DNA of 63,737 nt, the filler included, from Welwitschia mirabilis (Eukaryota): assembly GCA_051453625.1 (NCBI GenBank). It is 6 parts of one record of this genome, joined end to end, with 100 filler letters (N's around TTAATTAATTAA, not from the genome) between each part and the next. Parts side by side here need not be neighbours in the genome. Positions count along the whole stretch, not along the records: positions 1 to 23,040 come from JBOZIK010000001.1; 5 more parts are not named here. One strand, 5' to 3'. Below, piece by piece: positions 1-13,360 of the stretch (position 1 is its first letter; each line of letters opens with the position of its first letter). Position numbers and translations under genes: made by a program. The notes under the pieces were generated by a model, which worked only from the letters and a program-made list of their open reading frames with translations, was not told the origin of the DNA and ran no database searches.

Positions 1-1944
1 TGACCTAAACGGTGATGCCAGATAACGTCATCTTGAGTATGAGATGAAAGACACGTAGAGTTATTCGATTGATTTACACAATACACATTTTCATATCTAT
101 TTGCTATAAGTAGAGGTTGATTGATTTTTTCATGCTTCACCATGCAAGAGTTTTCATCGAAAAAGACTTTATGACCCTTATCACAAATTTGACTAATGCT
201 TAACAAATTATGCTTCAAATCATTTACAAATAAAACATTATGAATATTTGGTAAATTACCTCCATTGATGCTTCTGATCCCTTTAATTTGAGTTCTTCCA
301 TTGTCCCTGAAAGTGATTGTATTCCTTGAAGCTAATGAAGTTTGACTTATCACCTATCATATGTCTTGAGCAACTACTATCTAAATACCAACATGAATGA
401 TTAGTTTCTTTTAACACTATTTGGATCAATAAACTCTTAGTTTTGGACTTGGGAATCCACCTTATACATTTGTTTCTGTTTGTAACATAATGAGATTTCT
501 TGATAAACATAAACTTAGATCCTAAGAGGGAGTGCGAAAATGAACTTTTGCTAAAGACATAATCAATATTAGAGCGACCCTTTTTTTTTGCAATAGTAGC
601 AGGTAATATTAGCTAATGAATTCTTGGAATTTGCCTTTGACAGGGGTTTAAAATAAGAGAAGTGATGAGAATTGAAAGAGCTAATAAAAGATTTTCTAGA
701 AGAGTGATCCTTTATTCTATAGGGAGTTGATGCAAGGCTATTTTTTAGGTCACTAACTTTCTTATCTCTAATTTTAAGCTTATCTAGAAGGATCTTATTT
801 TCTTTTCTAAGTTAGTTTAATCTGTAAGCTATATTTTAACATTTTAAATATAATTCTAATTTAATATTATTAAGTGAATCTTCACTAATAACTGAATCAA
901 TGTAAGAAGTAGAACATACCTTTTTATTGATGATTTCCATGAGAGAGATACCACCATGTTTTGAATCTGAGTTTTGTTCATTTTTACTTCTATCATCGTC
1001 CCATGTTACAGATAGGACTGTCTTTCCCTTTCTTTTGTCATCCTTTCTATTAATTGAGTAGACGTTTGAGGTATGACTAAAACCTTTGCAAGAATAGCAT
1101 TGAATCTCACAATGTCCTTCATCTTTTCTTCTTAGTGGTCTCTTAGACTGACCTCTATCTTGCTGTCTCTGCATGAAGCATTTGAACCTTCTGGCTAAGA
1201 AGGCCACTTCATCATTACTTTTTGATTCTAGATCAAACTGATTCTTAATTTTGAGAGCTTTATATGTGGAAGATAGTGCCCTAATCTTCTTTTTTTCTTT
1301 TCAAATTTCAGCTCAAAAGTGTGAAGGTTCCCTTGGAGTTCATCGAGTTTCATGATGTTTAGGTCCTTGCTTTCTTCTATAGTAGTCACTTTTGATTTGA
1401 ACCTTTTTGATAGATATCTTAAAGCTTTATGAACCACTCTTGAGTTGTCAATTGATTCATCTAAACCACGTATAGAATTTATAATATCTATTAGTTTTGT
1501 AAATAAATCATTTATACCTTCATCATCTTCCATCTTTAGGTTCTCAAACTGGGTGACTAGCATTTGAAGCTTAGCCTGTTTTACGAGATTTATTCCTTTA
1601 TGAGCAGTTTCCAAGATATCCCATGCTTCTTTGGCAGTGGTTTAGTTCACCACTCTTTTAAAATCTTCTGGACCTATAGCACAGAAAATAGCATTTAGGC
1701 CTTTGAAGTTACAAGTTACAGTTTGTTTCTTGTCTAGCGTCCATTTGTTCCTACTCTTTGGAATTGCCAACTTGGTAACTGGATCCTGCACAGTAGGAGA
1801 ATAATACCTATTAATAATAGACTCCTATATTTCCAGGTCAATGGATTGAACAAAGACACTCATCTTTGCTTTCCAATAACCATAATTTATTCCATCAAAA
1901 AAGGAAGATCTGATGATAGAATTTCCTTTAGTGGGTTGACTCAT
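1..1944 (-). pseudogene. Copia gag-pol 5' part (gag, CCHC knuckle, aspartic protease, GAG-pre-integrase), disrupted
   Basis: ATG at 1944 (MSQPTK..FFDGINYGYWKAKM). Motifs: AKEAWDILETAHKG..KLQMLVTQFENLKM, degenerate CYSCKGFSH, WYLDSSCSRHM, NVLFVNDLKHNLLSISQICDKG, and IWHHRLG at the window start. Stops and frameshifts split the frame. Confidence 0.9.
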
Positions 1945-1995
1945 TTTCTAAGAATAAGATGAGCAGAGAGCTGTTAGGATCTATTGCTCAACCTT

Positions 1996-2007
1996 ACTTT
2001 GATACTA
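1996..2007 (-). promoter_or_regulatory. Primer-binding site (tRNA-iMet), degenerate, copy 1
   Basis: rc TAGTATCAAAGT vs consensus TGGTATCAGAGC (3 mismatches), 2 nt after the LTR-terminal CA at 2010-2011. Confidence 0.75.
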
Positions 2008-2009
2008 AT

Positions 2010-2376
2010 TGAAAATTGCGGGTCGATCTTAAAGGGGGGTGAATAGATCCTTTTAGAAATTCTGTTCCCTTATTGATCACAACCTATAAAAACAATACAT
2101 AAAGAGATACTGAAACAAGGTATATAATGGTGGATAAACACTACCCTTCAGCTTTGTAGACTCATTCTCCTAGCTAGCATGTATTAGCTCACAAGATTGA
2201 TTTTCAGGCTCATCAAATAACCTTTCAAAGCCAATGAGGATTTTATAACTTATCCTCAACCAAGAATAAATGATAAAGAGAAGGATGCACGAATGCACAG
2301 ATATGTTCTCTAAGGTACAGCAATCTTCTTCTCAAGGTGGTGTAATGATGCAAGTACAACTGGAATCTGAACCTTT
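2010..2376 (-). repeat. Copia LTR 3' part (copy 1, cut by 100-N gap)
   Basis: Aligns with 2820-3186 at offset 810. Ends in ..TCA next to the PBS. Confidence 0.8.
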
Positions 2377-2476
2377 NNNNNNNNNNNNNNNNNNNNNNNN
2401 NNNNNNNNNNNNNNNNNNNNNNNNNNNNNNNNNNNNNNNNNNNNNNNNNNNNNNNNNNNNNNNNNNNNNNNNNNNN

Positions 2477-2754
2477 TTTAGACTTATGCCATAGAAGATA
2501 GCATTTAGGCCTTTGAAGTTGCAGGTTGCAGTTTGTTTCTTGTCTAGTGTCCATTTGTTCCTACTTTTTGGAATTACCAACTTGGTAATAGGATCCTACA
2601 TATTAAGAGAATAATACCTATTAATGATAGACTCTTATATTTCCAGGTCAATGGACTGAACAAAGACTCTCATCTTTACTTTATAATAATCATAATTCAT
2701 TCCATCAAAGAAGGGAGGTCTGGTGACTGAGTTTTCTTTAGTGGGTTGACTCAT
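2477..2754 (-). pseudogene. Second copy of Copia gag N-terminus
   Basis: ATG at 2754. Sequence parallels 1667-1944 (IPKSRNKWTLDKKQT.TCNFKGLNAIF). Confidence 0.85.
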
Positions 2755-2805
2755 TCTCTAAGGATGAGTGGAGTAGAGATCTATTAGGATCTAATGCTCA
2801 ACCTT

Positions 2806-2817
2806 GCTCTGATACCA
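2806..2817 (-). promoter_or_regulatory. Primer-binding site (tRNA-iMet), copy 2
   Basis: Perfect rc TGGTATCAGAGC (gctctgatacca) adjacent to the LTR end. Confidence 0.92.
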
Positions 2818-2819
2818 AT

Positions 2820-4070
2820 TGATAAATTAAGATCGACCCTAGAGGGGGAGTGAATAAGACTATTCAAGTTCTGACTACTTGTTCTTCATGACCTACAAAA
2901 ACAATAGATAAAAAAATAATACAGAAACAAGGCATTTAATGGTGGATAGACACCACCCTTTAGATTTGTAGACTTCTTGTCCTAGCTGGCATGTATTCAC
3001 TCTTCAAAAATGGTTTTTAGGCTTACCAAGTAACCTTTTATCACTAATAAGGATTTTATGACTTAATCCTTAATCAAGAATGAATGAGAGAGAGAAAGAA
3101 TGTACTATTGCATAGATGTGATCTCTATGGTACATCAATCTTCTTTTCAAGAAAATGCTAAGAGTAAGTACATCAGAAATCTGAACCTTATCAGAGTGTT
3201 CAGATGTGAAAATGAAAGGTATATTAGTGCTTGTTCAATCTTTGACTTTACAAGAATAGTATCAATATCTTCTAGTATTTAGAGAAAAGCTTTTATACTT
3301 GAGATGTATTATATGATCATTTCCTCAGAGGTAAATGAACCATTGCACTTTTCTGGAGAACCGTTGTGCCTTTGCTAGAGAATCATTGTGTTAAAAATGG
3401 TTATATTTTTCCATTGTACAGTTAACCTTTTGGAGTATTCAGTCAACCACAAAATGTGGTTGCCCTTGTTATTATGTTCAGTTGCCATTACTTGTCGTAG
3501 ATTTTCTTAGTACAAAATANNNNNNNNNNNNNNNNNNNNNNNNNNNNNNNNNNNNNNNNNNNNNNNNNNNNNNNNNNNNNNNNNNNNNNNNNNNNNNNNN
3601 NNNNNNNNNNNNNNNNNNNNNNNNNNNNNNNNNNNNNNNNNNNNNNNNNNNNNNNNNNNNNNNNNNNTCACTGCATGTCATGCGTTCGCCGTATGAATAT
3701 CTACGATCGCCCGTATTTCTATCAGGTTGGAGTTCACTGCATATTGTGTGGTCACCCGTATGAATATTTACAGTCATCCATATTTCTATTAGGTTAGAAT
3801 TTACTACATGTCATGAAGTCACCCGTATGAATATATTTAGTATGAGTGAAATGCGATCGTCCCTGTTATTATGATGGTCACCCATGTGTTAGCCTGTACT
3901 CTTTATGTTGTCAGTGTTTAGTCACCTAGAAAATCATGTGTGATCACCTGCTTCTGAAATATGTAGTAGCACGATTTTATAAATTGGTCACCCGGTTCTG
4001 GAAGTTACCTTTACAAAAGACTAACTTACAAAAACTCATTAACTTAATCAATGACAATGGATTCTCAACA
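2820..4070 (-). repeat. Copia (Sirevirus-like) 5' LTR
   Basis: rc begins TGTTGAGAATC (4070) and ends ..TTTATCA (2820). TATA-like GTATAAAAG at rc 3289-3298. Internal repeats present. The 4070 boundary is inferred from the TG start only. Confidence 0.7.
3668..3840. repeat. ~66-bp tandem repeat (about 2.6 visible copies) in LTR U3
   Basis: Unit tcactgcatgtcatg..gtcacccgtatgaatat..tatttctatcaggttggagt is repeated. The adjacent gap may hide more copies. Confidence 0.8.
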
Positions 4071-5199
4071 AATTCAATCAATTTTTCAAGGTCTTTCGAA
4101 TTATGTTTACTAAATTTAGAATGATATTTCTTTTTATGTTAGTTAGTTTTAATAATTATTTAAGTAGTGATATAGTTTAATTATTGGATATTTTACTCAA
4201 GTTGAAGCAAGATGAAAGAGGTTTATTAATTCAGATGTTGTTGTTCTTAATTAATTTGCATATGATCTTCCATGATTATTTTAAGGGTATCTTTTAAGGA
4301 ATTTAAAAAAGGCTATGCAGTTTTAGGAGATAAAGGATATTAATAAAAGGATGAATACTATGAAAGAGGATAAAAAGTATTCATAAAAGAATTAAGAATT
4401 GTAATTAGAGGGTGAAGGGACTTTATAAGATGATAAGGAGTAAGGATTATAAGGAATGGTGAAAAAATAAGACTAAAATCTTTTTATTAAAAGTAAATAT
4501 TCTTAGACTTATAATCATAAAGAGGTTAATTTATAATGAAGGGGATTCTATATGTTAAAGATAATCCTTTATGATTCACTTAGGCTTTTGAGTGTTGGAA
4601 ACATTTTGAGGTTAAAAATGAAATGAATTATCTTTGAGGAAGGATGAAGGGAAAAATTAATTTTTTTTGGATGAAAATTAAACTTCACTCTAAATTTTAA
4701 ATGGATTTGAAAGGTAATTGATATTAAAAATTGTCAAAATAGATGAAGTAAATAACTAACCAAAATTTTAAACTAAAATTTATAGAAATGCTAGTGGCAC
4801 TAGTTAGCTCTAGTAGTAGCACTAGTTGTTTGTTGTAAAACACTTCAAAAAAAGAGGGATATTATATTATTAGCCATGCAAAGTGATTTTCATAATTAAT
4901 AATAGGAAATGAGTAATAGAAAATGAAATAGCAATGTAAATATAAAACTAAAATCATTGAAGAACCCTACAAAAATTAAAAACTTAGAAAACTAACAAAA
5001 CTTCAAAACATAAATCTAAACAAACATAGAACTAAAAGCCAAAGCTATAAAAAAAAACACAAGGGAAAAACCCTTTTTTTTTAGGTTGAACCTACAAAAA
5101 ATAGTTCACCCTATACATAGAAGATTTATATAACATTAAAATTCCACATTAAAGATAAAAAGTTTAATGAAAACTTAAAGAATGGAAAATCAGGACTGC

Positions 5200-8100
5200 T
5201 TTAGGTATCACTAGAAAAAGACTAGTACCAATCCCTAGAGAGTACATAAAATGAAAGATGCAAAAATATAAATCAAGAAAATAAAAATTATATGTGCCTC
5301 ACTATAGCTTACCATGCCATTATCCTTGGTAAGAGTCCAAAAATCTTATTCATGATGAAAATTTAGCTATACTTGTATCTTGTGTTAATGTATGATGAAT
5401 GCAAGAGTAACTTAGTAATACAAATCTTACATAGTCATACCCAAACTTTTACTAAATAAAATTTAGGACTTCCATTTGTAGTATAGTTCTAGTATCATTT
5501 GTTTCTTAAGAATAATTGAGATAAAATATTATGAAAAAAATACAAAATCAAATGCAAAGAAAAGATATTTTAGTAGATGAGAATGAAAACAAAAGAAATA
5601 TTTGAACAGATTAGAGACTAAAGCTAAGAATGAGAATATCGCTCAGGATCTAGACAAATATAATAATGCTAATAAGAGTTATTATAATAAAAATATATCT
5701 TCTTTATTATTAAATTAAAAATTACTAAGCTTCATTAATGCTTGAGCATAGTACCATGTTCTCATTTATCATATGAGTGTTAGTGAAGATCTTAAGTCAT
5801 CTTAGCTATAATAGCATATCTGTATAAAAATGAAAAGGAGGATGTGATTTTCAAAGACCATCAAATAGCATTATAAACTATAGATTAAGATTTAAACATG
5901 AAAAAAATGACTCAAAAATAATTTAAAAATTAACATATTTTAGTACAATAAGAAGTACAACAAGTATGTAAACATCCACCCTTACTATCAAAAATATTAC
6001 ACCAAATATTAACTTTTGTTTCTTTTACTTCTCAAAAGTATGTAATAAGCACACTTAAAATTAATATATTAAATCTAAGAATAGAAGTATTTTATGGATA
6101 AAATAGAGTAAAGTTTTAATATATAAATAAAAAACATCAAGCTACAATAAAAATGTCATACTAGCCTTAAGGAGTAGGCCGTCTTAAGAGAATGATTTAG
6201 AATATAGAATTCATAAAAAGCACCAGTTTTAGCATAAGGTACAATGGATTAGTCCCTTTCCAAGTATGAATCCTTTTGCCCCCAAAAAGATATTTTTAAA
6301 GTAAAGCATTTGACTCTCTATATAGAGAATATTTGGTTTGGAGTGATTAGGATTATTTATCTTTTAATGTTTTATTGGATGGTTTAGGTTATATCTTTTA
6401 GCATTTAGTAGAGTGAGTTATTATGATTAGTCCAACACATGTGCTTTGGAGTAGGATTCCTCCACTAACTGATGCAACCACATGTTTCAAATTCCATTTT
6501 CATTTTATGTAGAATAAGTCATTTTACAACTAAAAATAATGATAAAAATATATTAAATAACTAGGCTTACAATTATACACTACTAACATCTTTAAAACAA
6601 ATCTAAATCATAATCTTGAAATAAACTATCCTTAAGTAACTAGTACCACTATTCTTCTAACCAGTGCCATCATTGTTTTGTATAGGAAGAAGTTCATCTT
6701 CTGGTTTATACTTCATAATATAATTAGAGGCTCACAGATATTATGAGGAAAGCATAAAATCAAGTATGAAATTAAAAAGAATAAAATACATATTTTATAA
6801 TTAAAATAGTTAGATTAATATATTCACTTATAGTAACTTCGCTTAAAATAGTTGAGATAAATGACAATTTATACATGTTAATAGAATGGTGTGATCTAGA
6901 TGGTTTATTTGGCCTCTTCCAATTTTTTTAACTTTCAAAAATGGATTTTAAGAAATTTCAAAATTCATTAATTTTTAAATTAAGGAACTTACTCTATACA
7001 TTATCTTCACAAGTTATCTATGGTTTGAGGAAGGCCTTAATAGAAGAACGTATGAATTTACCATACTAAAAATCATGTTAGGAATATTTAAGAGTAAGTT
7101 CTTAAATATTTCTAAGATTTAAAAAACTATTTCATGATTTTTTTGTTAGAAGCTAATTATTTTTTGTTAAAATCATGGTTAAGTTTATCCTAAGTAGGAA
7201 TAGAAACATGTTTAAGCATGTATGATCAAGACCTAGCTTTTTCCTTAAGAGATAAGGAAAGGATGATTAATATAAGTGTGTCTAAAGTGTTTGGTTTATG
7301 AGAAATAGTGGAAATGAAATTTTCAATCTCCTTAAAAATGCAACTATAGATCCTCAAACTTTAAACCATAAAAGTGTGAATAACAGTTGAATGAGGATAA
7401 GCTTAAAGTCTATTCTATGAGCATTTAGAGGTTGAAATTTGCAAGATGAAACTCCTATGTATTAAAGCTAAAGAAAATTCTTTAGACTCTACTACATAAT
7501 TGCATGTTAAAATTATTATATAAAAATTGAATTGGAAATCTAATTAATTATTTTAATCTATATTATTATTTTGGTTATATCTTTCATATGAGTGACTCCT
7601 AGAAAAAGGTCTTCCTTTATTATCTAAATTAGGAGCCATGTGAGGGTTAGGATGAGTTTAGTATAATCTTCCATTAAATTCATTAACTTTTCTACATATT
7701 TAAACCTATCAATATTAGAAAACGTTTTAAAATAGTATATAATAAAACTCAAAGAAATTTGAGAATGAACTTAAAGAAAAAACAATAATGCTAGTGAGAG
7801 AAGGTGATGAGGATGGTTTGGTGAAGAAAAATGGGTAGTAAAGAGTTAGATATTATGAATTAACTAGATCCTAAAGATGAAGTAGCTAGTAAAAATGAAA
7901 ATGTAATAAGGTGAAATATATGTAGGGCTAGAAAGTAAAACCTCTTACATAAGATGATGTAGAGAAATGACAAAAATGAAAATTTAAGACTCCTAGATTT
8001 CAAAAATGAAAATATAAGAATTAAAATATAGTAAAAAAAAAGAAAAATTCTATAAGTTGTTTTTTGATGTTTGTTTTCTTTGTTGTCTTCAGAACAATTG

Positions 8101-9260
8101 TGAAAATGAAAAAAGAAGAAGAGGAGAAGAAATAAGAAGATAATAGAAGTTTTCCTTTTTTAAAAGTCCTATACAAACTTAATCAGCCTTGCATGGAAAG
8201 CTTTAATATAGAAATTTTAACAAGTTAAATCTTAAAATATTATAGCAAAGAAAAGAAAATCATAATAAAAAAATTAAAAAAAATAAAATGAAAAAAGGAA
8301 TAGTTTGGGTTTCATTAAAAAAGAACTAGTTCCATCCACTAGAAAAGGGAAATAAAAAAAAGGCACTAGAAGTAAACCAGTATAATTGAATATTATAGTA
8401 AAGTGGGGGAAAAATTAATTGAAAGTGGATAATATTATTAAAAAGTATAGTCAAGCAAAGAAAAAGATACTAAAAGAGGACTAGTATAACTAAAAATAAA
8501 GAAAGCAAATAGAAATGAAAAGCAGAAATTTTAATGTGCCTTACTATAGTTCTCCTGCTATTAATTTCCAACAACAATATCAAAAATATCTTTATGATTT
8601 AATTTATCTATATTATATTATTGTATAGGTTATGACTTAAAGCAAGACCATATTAGGAATACAAACCTTATAAATTCAAATTCAAATTTTAGCAAAATCA
8701 ACTATGAATTTTATTTGAAGTATAGCCCTAGTTTTATTATTTTCAAGGGATAAATGTAATAGATAAAAGAATAAATAATGCATATAATCTATTTCTATAA
8801 CTATCACAAAGAGATTTCATATTGCACGAAAAGTCTTATTGATCAATAAATAAAGCTATAAATGAGGCATAGCTCTAAGAATCTAGGATGGACATAAAAA
8901 CAATGGTATGATTTTTAATAATAATAGATTTGATCTATGATTAATTTAGAGAAATCATGTTAAATATTTATTTAAGCTTAGGTATAATGAAATAGTCTCA
9001 TTTACCACATAATGTTTTCTAAAATCTCCAAATCACCTTAGNNNNNNNNNNTGATGAATCACTTATAAATTCATCAAATCTTAACATGTTTTAATCTAAA
9101 TCAAGCATTAAAGGTATGAAAATTCATTCACACTTCAAATAAAAAAACTAAATTAGAGAAATCATAGTGCTTTAACATAATAATAATGTAAAATCTACAT
9201 AAGTCAAAGAATCAAGCCAAATCTTGGAATGTCATGCTAGCCTTAAGTGCTAGCTGATCC
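5200..9260. repeat. Two highly diverged direct copies of a ~1 kb sequence (about 5200-6175 and 8460-9250)
   Basis: Collinear anchors at offset ~3240: tgtgcc.cactatag (5293/8535), gcaaga..aatacaaa.ctta (5401/8642), ctcattta.ca (5761/8997). Also aatgtcat.ctagccttaag (6152/9228). Confidence 0.6.
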
Positions 9261-11950
9261 CTAAACAAATAACTTAGAAATTAAATATATCCAAATCTTT
9301 TCTTACTTTAAAAAAATCAACTATACATAGCATCTGATAGGATTTTAATAATGAGGTCTAAGTGCTTATTTATTATCCAATAGTTAGGGTTAGGGTTAGG
9401 GAGTTAGAATTTGTGTAAATTTTAGTAACTTTAGATGAGTTTACCAATTACCTCAATGATCTTCCACTATACAATAAGTTTCAAAATGTGAAAATAAGAT
9501 TAAAATGTGCAATTTGACTAGCAGTAAGCTTTATTTCTTCCATCATTATTGGATTTTTTTAAGGATTTTTTCTATTATATTATGGCTTATGTTCTAGAAT
9601 AATTTTCTAAATACTTAAATAATAAAGGTAAAATGTTATTTTTTTAATGAATTTAATAGCATAGATCAAGATAAATTGAGAAAAAAATGAGAACTAAAAC
9701 TTAATTATGATAAACAAGACTTGATTACAACTAAATTTAAGTTTTAATAAGTTATCATCTTCATATGTAATAGACATCTTTAACCCCATAGACATCATTT
9801 TTGGACTTGATTAAAACTTGAAATTCATGATTCCTATCCACATGTAATACTAATTTAACAAATTTAGCACATCAAAACTATGTAGCTTAACATATATTAG
9901 TCTTTTATTTTAAAAGTTTGTGAGTAAAAGTAAATACACATTTATAGAACTCCTCAGTAAAAAATGAAAATTTAGTAGTAATATCTATTTTCCATGGAAA
10001 TTTTAAATTTAAATAAAATTTATATTTTACATCATGCTTGTTATTATGCATAATATTAATAATAGGCTTAGCCTACATGCTTAGAATCTTTCTAAAGAAA
10101 AAAATGAATGATAGTAAACATGTTATATTTAAAACTATTTATGGTAAAATGTCTAACAAGCTAATATTAGAGATTGCTTTATGATAAGATTCTTTTTGAA
10201 GTATTATAAATAGAGAAGACTAGTAAGTATAACCAGTATCAAAATATTATAAGTTAGGACAAGGATTTTGCAGGCCATGTTAAAGAAAGATATTAAAATC
10301 TATGTTGGATAGCATTTAAGTTTGTATGCTTGTTATTTCTATATGATATAATATAAATTCATTTTTTTTTTTGTTACTTCCAATACTTTGTTTTCATGTT
10401 TATTTATTCTTAATGTTTTATTTCTTGCTAGATAAACAATTCCAAAAGTGATTTTGAAATTTTTAATGCATTAGTTATACATCATTTGGTATTATATCAA
10501 GTTTTAAATTCATGTTGAATTGGTTTTTATGGTTATAGCTTTCCTCGAGTGATTGATCACTCTCTAATAAGTTCTTATCCTTAAGGTCTTCATAAGTTTT
10601 TCACATTTGTTACTTCCTCACTTTTAAAAAATATGATTTAGATTTCATTATTTTGATTATAATTAATCCTTTCAAGGCTTCTAAGACTAGGTTAAATAGA
10701 TGTGGGACGTTCTTTCTCTTCATGTTAGTTTAGCTCATATTGTTTGTCATGTTCATGTTAATTCAAAGAAGAGAGAATATGGGTTGTGGTCTATTAAATT
10801 TATTTGACACTAGTTGAATGAAGTAAAAACTCATTTTTTAAAATGAGGAGATCACACTTTAAGCCTTTTCAAAAATAAATGTATTCTTAACAAGATAATT
10901 TAACTTAGGAAAAAAAATATGTATAAAAAGTTCAAGTTATATCATAAAGAAATCTTCTAGCTCAAATTGCATATATAGTGGAAGTACACGAGTATCGAGC
11001 CAATAGAACACTTGACATGAATTCATATATAAATATTAATATTGTATTATCAAACTATTACTTTATATGATTAAAAAAACTATTTCTCTTAAGTAACATA
11101 CAACTAATTTAACACATATGACATAAAATAATCATAACAATTTATAGGCATACAAGCATGATTTCACAAGATGTGAAAATAGAAATACAAGAAAATAAGA
11201 AGTAATTAATATTTTATAAACATTGACAAGGTTCCAATGATCACTTATAATTCATTTAAATAAGTAAAGAAATTTAAATAGTTAAATTTACCTAAGTCAT
11301 TTTCATATGCAAAAATAATTTTTCTTGAAACATTGACTACTTGAATTCATATTAAATGTATGTAATTAGGTAATTCAAACATCATATTCTATTTTACATA
11401 AAAGGCACATAAATTCAGAATCAAAATACAAAATTTGTAAAGCTAGATTCTTCAAATTCACTAGGCAAATTGTTGATAATAATAAGATTTTCACTAAATT
11501 GTAATACATTTGACTTAAAAGATAACTTTTTACTAAGAATAAAATAAATTAGAAAAGAATTGAAACATCGAAATTATGGTTAAACAAACATAAAATTGAT
11601 AAAAATCAATATAGAAATGTTCATTAAATGAAAGTAATCATAGTTAATTTCAAGTTGTTTTTATTGATAATAAGAGAGGAAATGAAGAAGATAGAGAAAA
11701 GGGAGAGAAAATTTAAAGAATAGAGTTGAAAAATTTTACAATCCTAAAAAAAACTCAAAATATGCTATGAAACAAGATTCTATAACTAAATATTCAAGAC
11801 TAAGTAGAATCGATTGCAACTAACCAAAATAGTTCATTTAGAAAAACTACAAAATTTTATAGTCAACCCTCTTTTAACCGAGAATATTAAGAAAACTATA
11901 AAACTTGAGTAAAACTAGATTTCATATTTTGAACTTACTCAAAATATACT

Positions 11951-13339
11951 TGTTGTGATGCCAATTTGTGGGAATTTGATGGTGTATTTTGAGTACTTTT
12001 GCAGGACATTCATACAGGTTTTGATGTAATACTAATGACAATGAGGATTTAATATGATGATCAACAGAATGTGTGATATTTGACATTATTGATAGTTTTT
12101 TAGCCTTATTATGATACTGCAGGATTGGAGGAAGGACTTTACAATACAAATATTGATTTACCTTAGAGAAAAGAGCAAAACAAAGGAGTCATCCTCTCCA
12201 TCATCCCCATAACACCCAAGACAACTAGACTACTGACGTGGATAGAAGCCTGTGGCACTGACAACAGCACATAGTGATAAGGCGTCGTCTGCATGTTTGT
12301 CCAGATGACATACGGGATAACGGAATTGGGACTATGTGCAGGTAACCCATGGGACTCACAGCCACACATGGCACATAATCCAAAGCTGTTAAGGTGGCAT
12401 CGTCTCCTCTATTGTGTGGACGACACATAGGATGACAACTATTTTTACACTGTAGAAATAAATTTCATTGTAAATGGGGTTAAACGACCCATGTGGGTCG
12501 CTAGGGTTTTTATTTTTCACCTTTAGGTTTTTGCCTCTAATTTCCTCAATGAAAAATCTATAAATATCCTTCTCCTCCTTCATTTCCACCCCATATTTTG
12601 TACTTGATACTTGTAATGGAAGCTTGAAGGGCAAGAGATCCATCCCATGCTACATAAAGGAGTCTCCTTGGTGTGAGGCTATGTTTCTCTCATTAAGGTG
12701 CTGTTGTTTTGATGTTGTAAGTGGATGTTATTCTTATTTCATTGGATTAATACAATTTCTTCCTTTATCTCATTATTGTACATCTTCCTTATGATTTAAG
12801 TTGGTCTTAGTTAGTGACAAGCTTTGATTTATTTAGATCATAAGGGCAACCTTTGTTNNNNNNNNNNNNNNNNNNNNNNNNNNNNNNNNNNNNNNNNNNN
12901 NNNNNNNNNNNNNNNNNNNNNNNNNNNNNNNNNNNNNNNNNNNNNNNNNNNNNNNNNNNNNNNNNNNNNNNNNNNNNNNNNNNNNNNNNNNNNNNNNNNN
13001 NNNNNNNNNNNNNNNNNNNNNNNNNNNNNNNNNNNNNNNNNNNNNNNNNNNNNNNNNNNNNNNNNNNNNNNNNNNNNNNNNNNNNNNNNNNNNNNNNNNN
13101 NNNNNNNNNNNNNNNNNNNNNNNNNNNTCATTCACTTAAGTTATTTCTTTTTAGTTTTTCTAAAGACAAAAGAACTAAAATACATTGGTGAAATCAATTC
13201 TCTAACTATAAGCCAAGTGCCTTCATTAGATTATGAAATTTGGATGAACTCCCCTCTATAGTAAAGTGCGTTTTTTGTAATTTATATGATCTATAGGCTA
13301 TCTAAAGGTTCCTAGATTACATAAATTCACACAGAAACA
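11951..13339 (+). repeat. 5' LTR of element A
   Basis: Starts TGTTGTGATGCC and ends ..CAGAAACA. TATA-like ctataaata at about 12558. The first ~250 bp match 22590-23040. Confidence 0.85.
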
Positions 13340-13342
13340 TTA

Positions 13343-13360
13343 TGATGCCATTGCTGGGTA
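13343..13360 (+). promoter_or_regulatory. PBS (tRNA-Asp type, Athila-like), decayed
   Basis: TGATGCCATTGCTGGGTA vs Athila consensus TGGCGCCGTTGCCGGGGA. Differences are mainly transitions. Confidence 0.75.

Larger units (their letters stand above)
1..4070 (-). mobile_element. Ty1/Copia LTR retrotransposon, Sirevirus (SIRE/Maximus)-like, 5' portion (runs off window start)
   Basis: On the minus strand: LTR, tRNA-iMet PBS, gag (UBN2-like), Zn knuckle, protease, GAG-pre-integrase. The LTR 3' end carries the C-rich motif ATTCACCCCCCT (rc 2032-2045; variant rc about 2841-2855), typical of Sireviruses. Confidence 0.85.

Noticed and set aside
9384-9401. (TTAGGG)3 vertebrate-type telomeric repeat
   Set aside because: Only 18 bp; too short to call an interstitial telomere.
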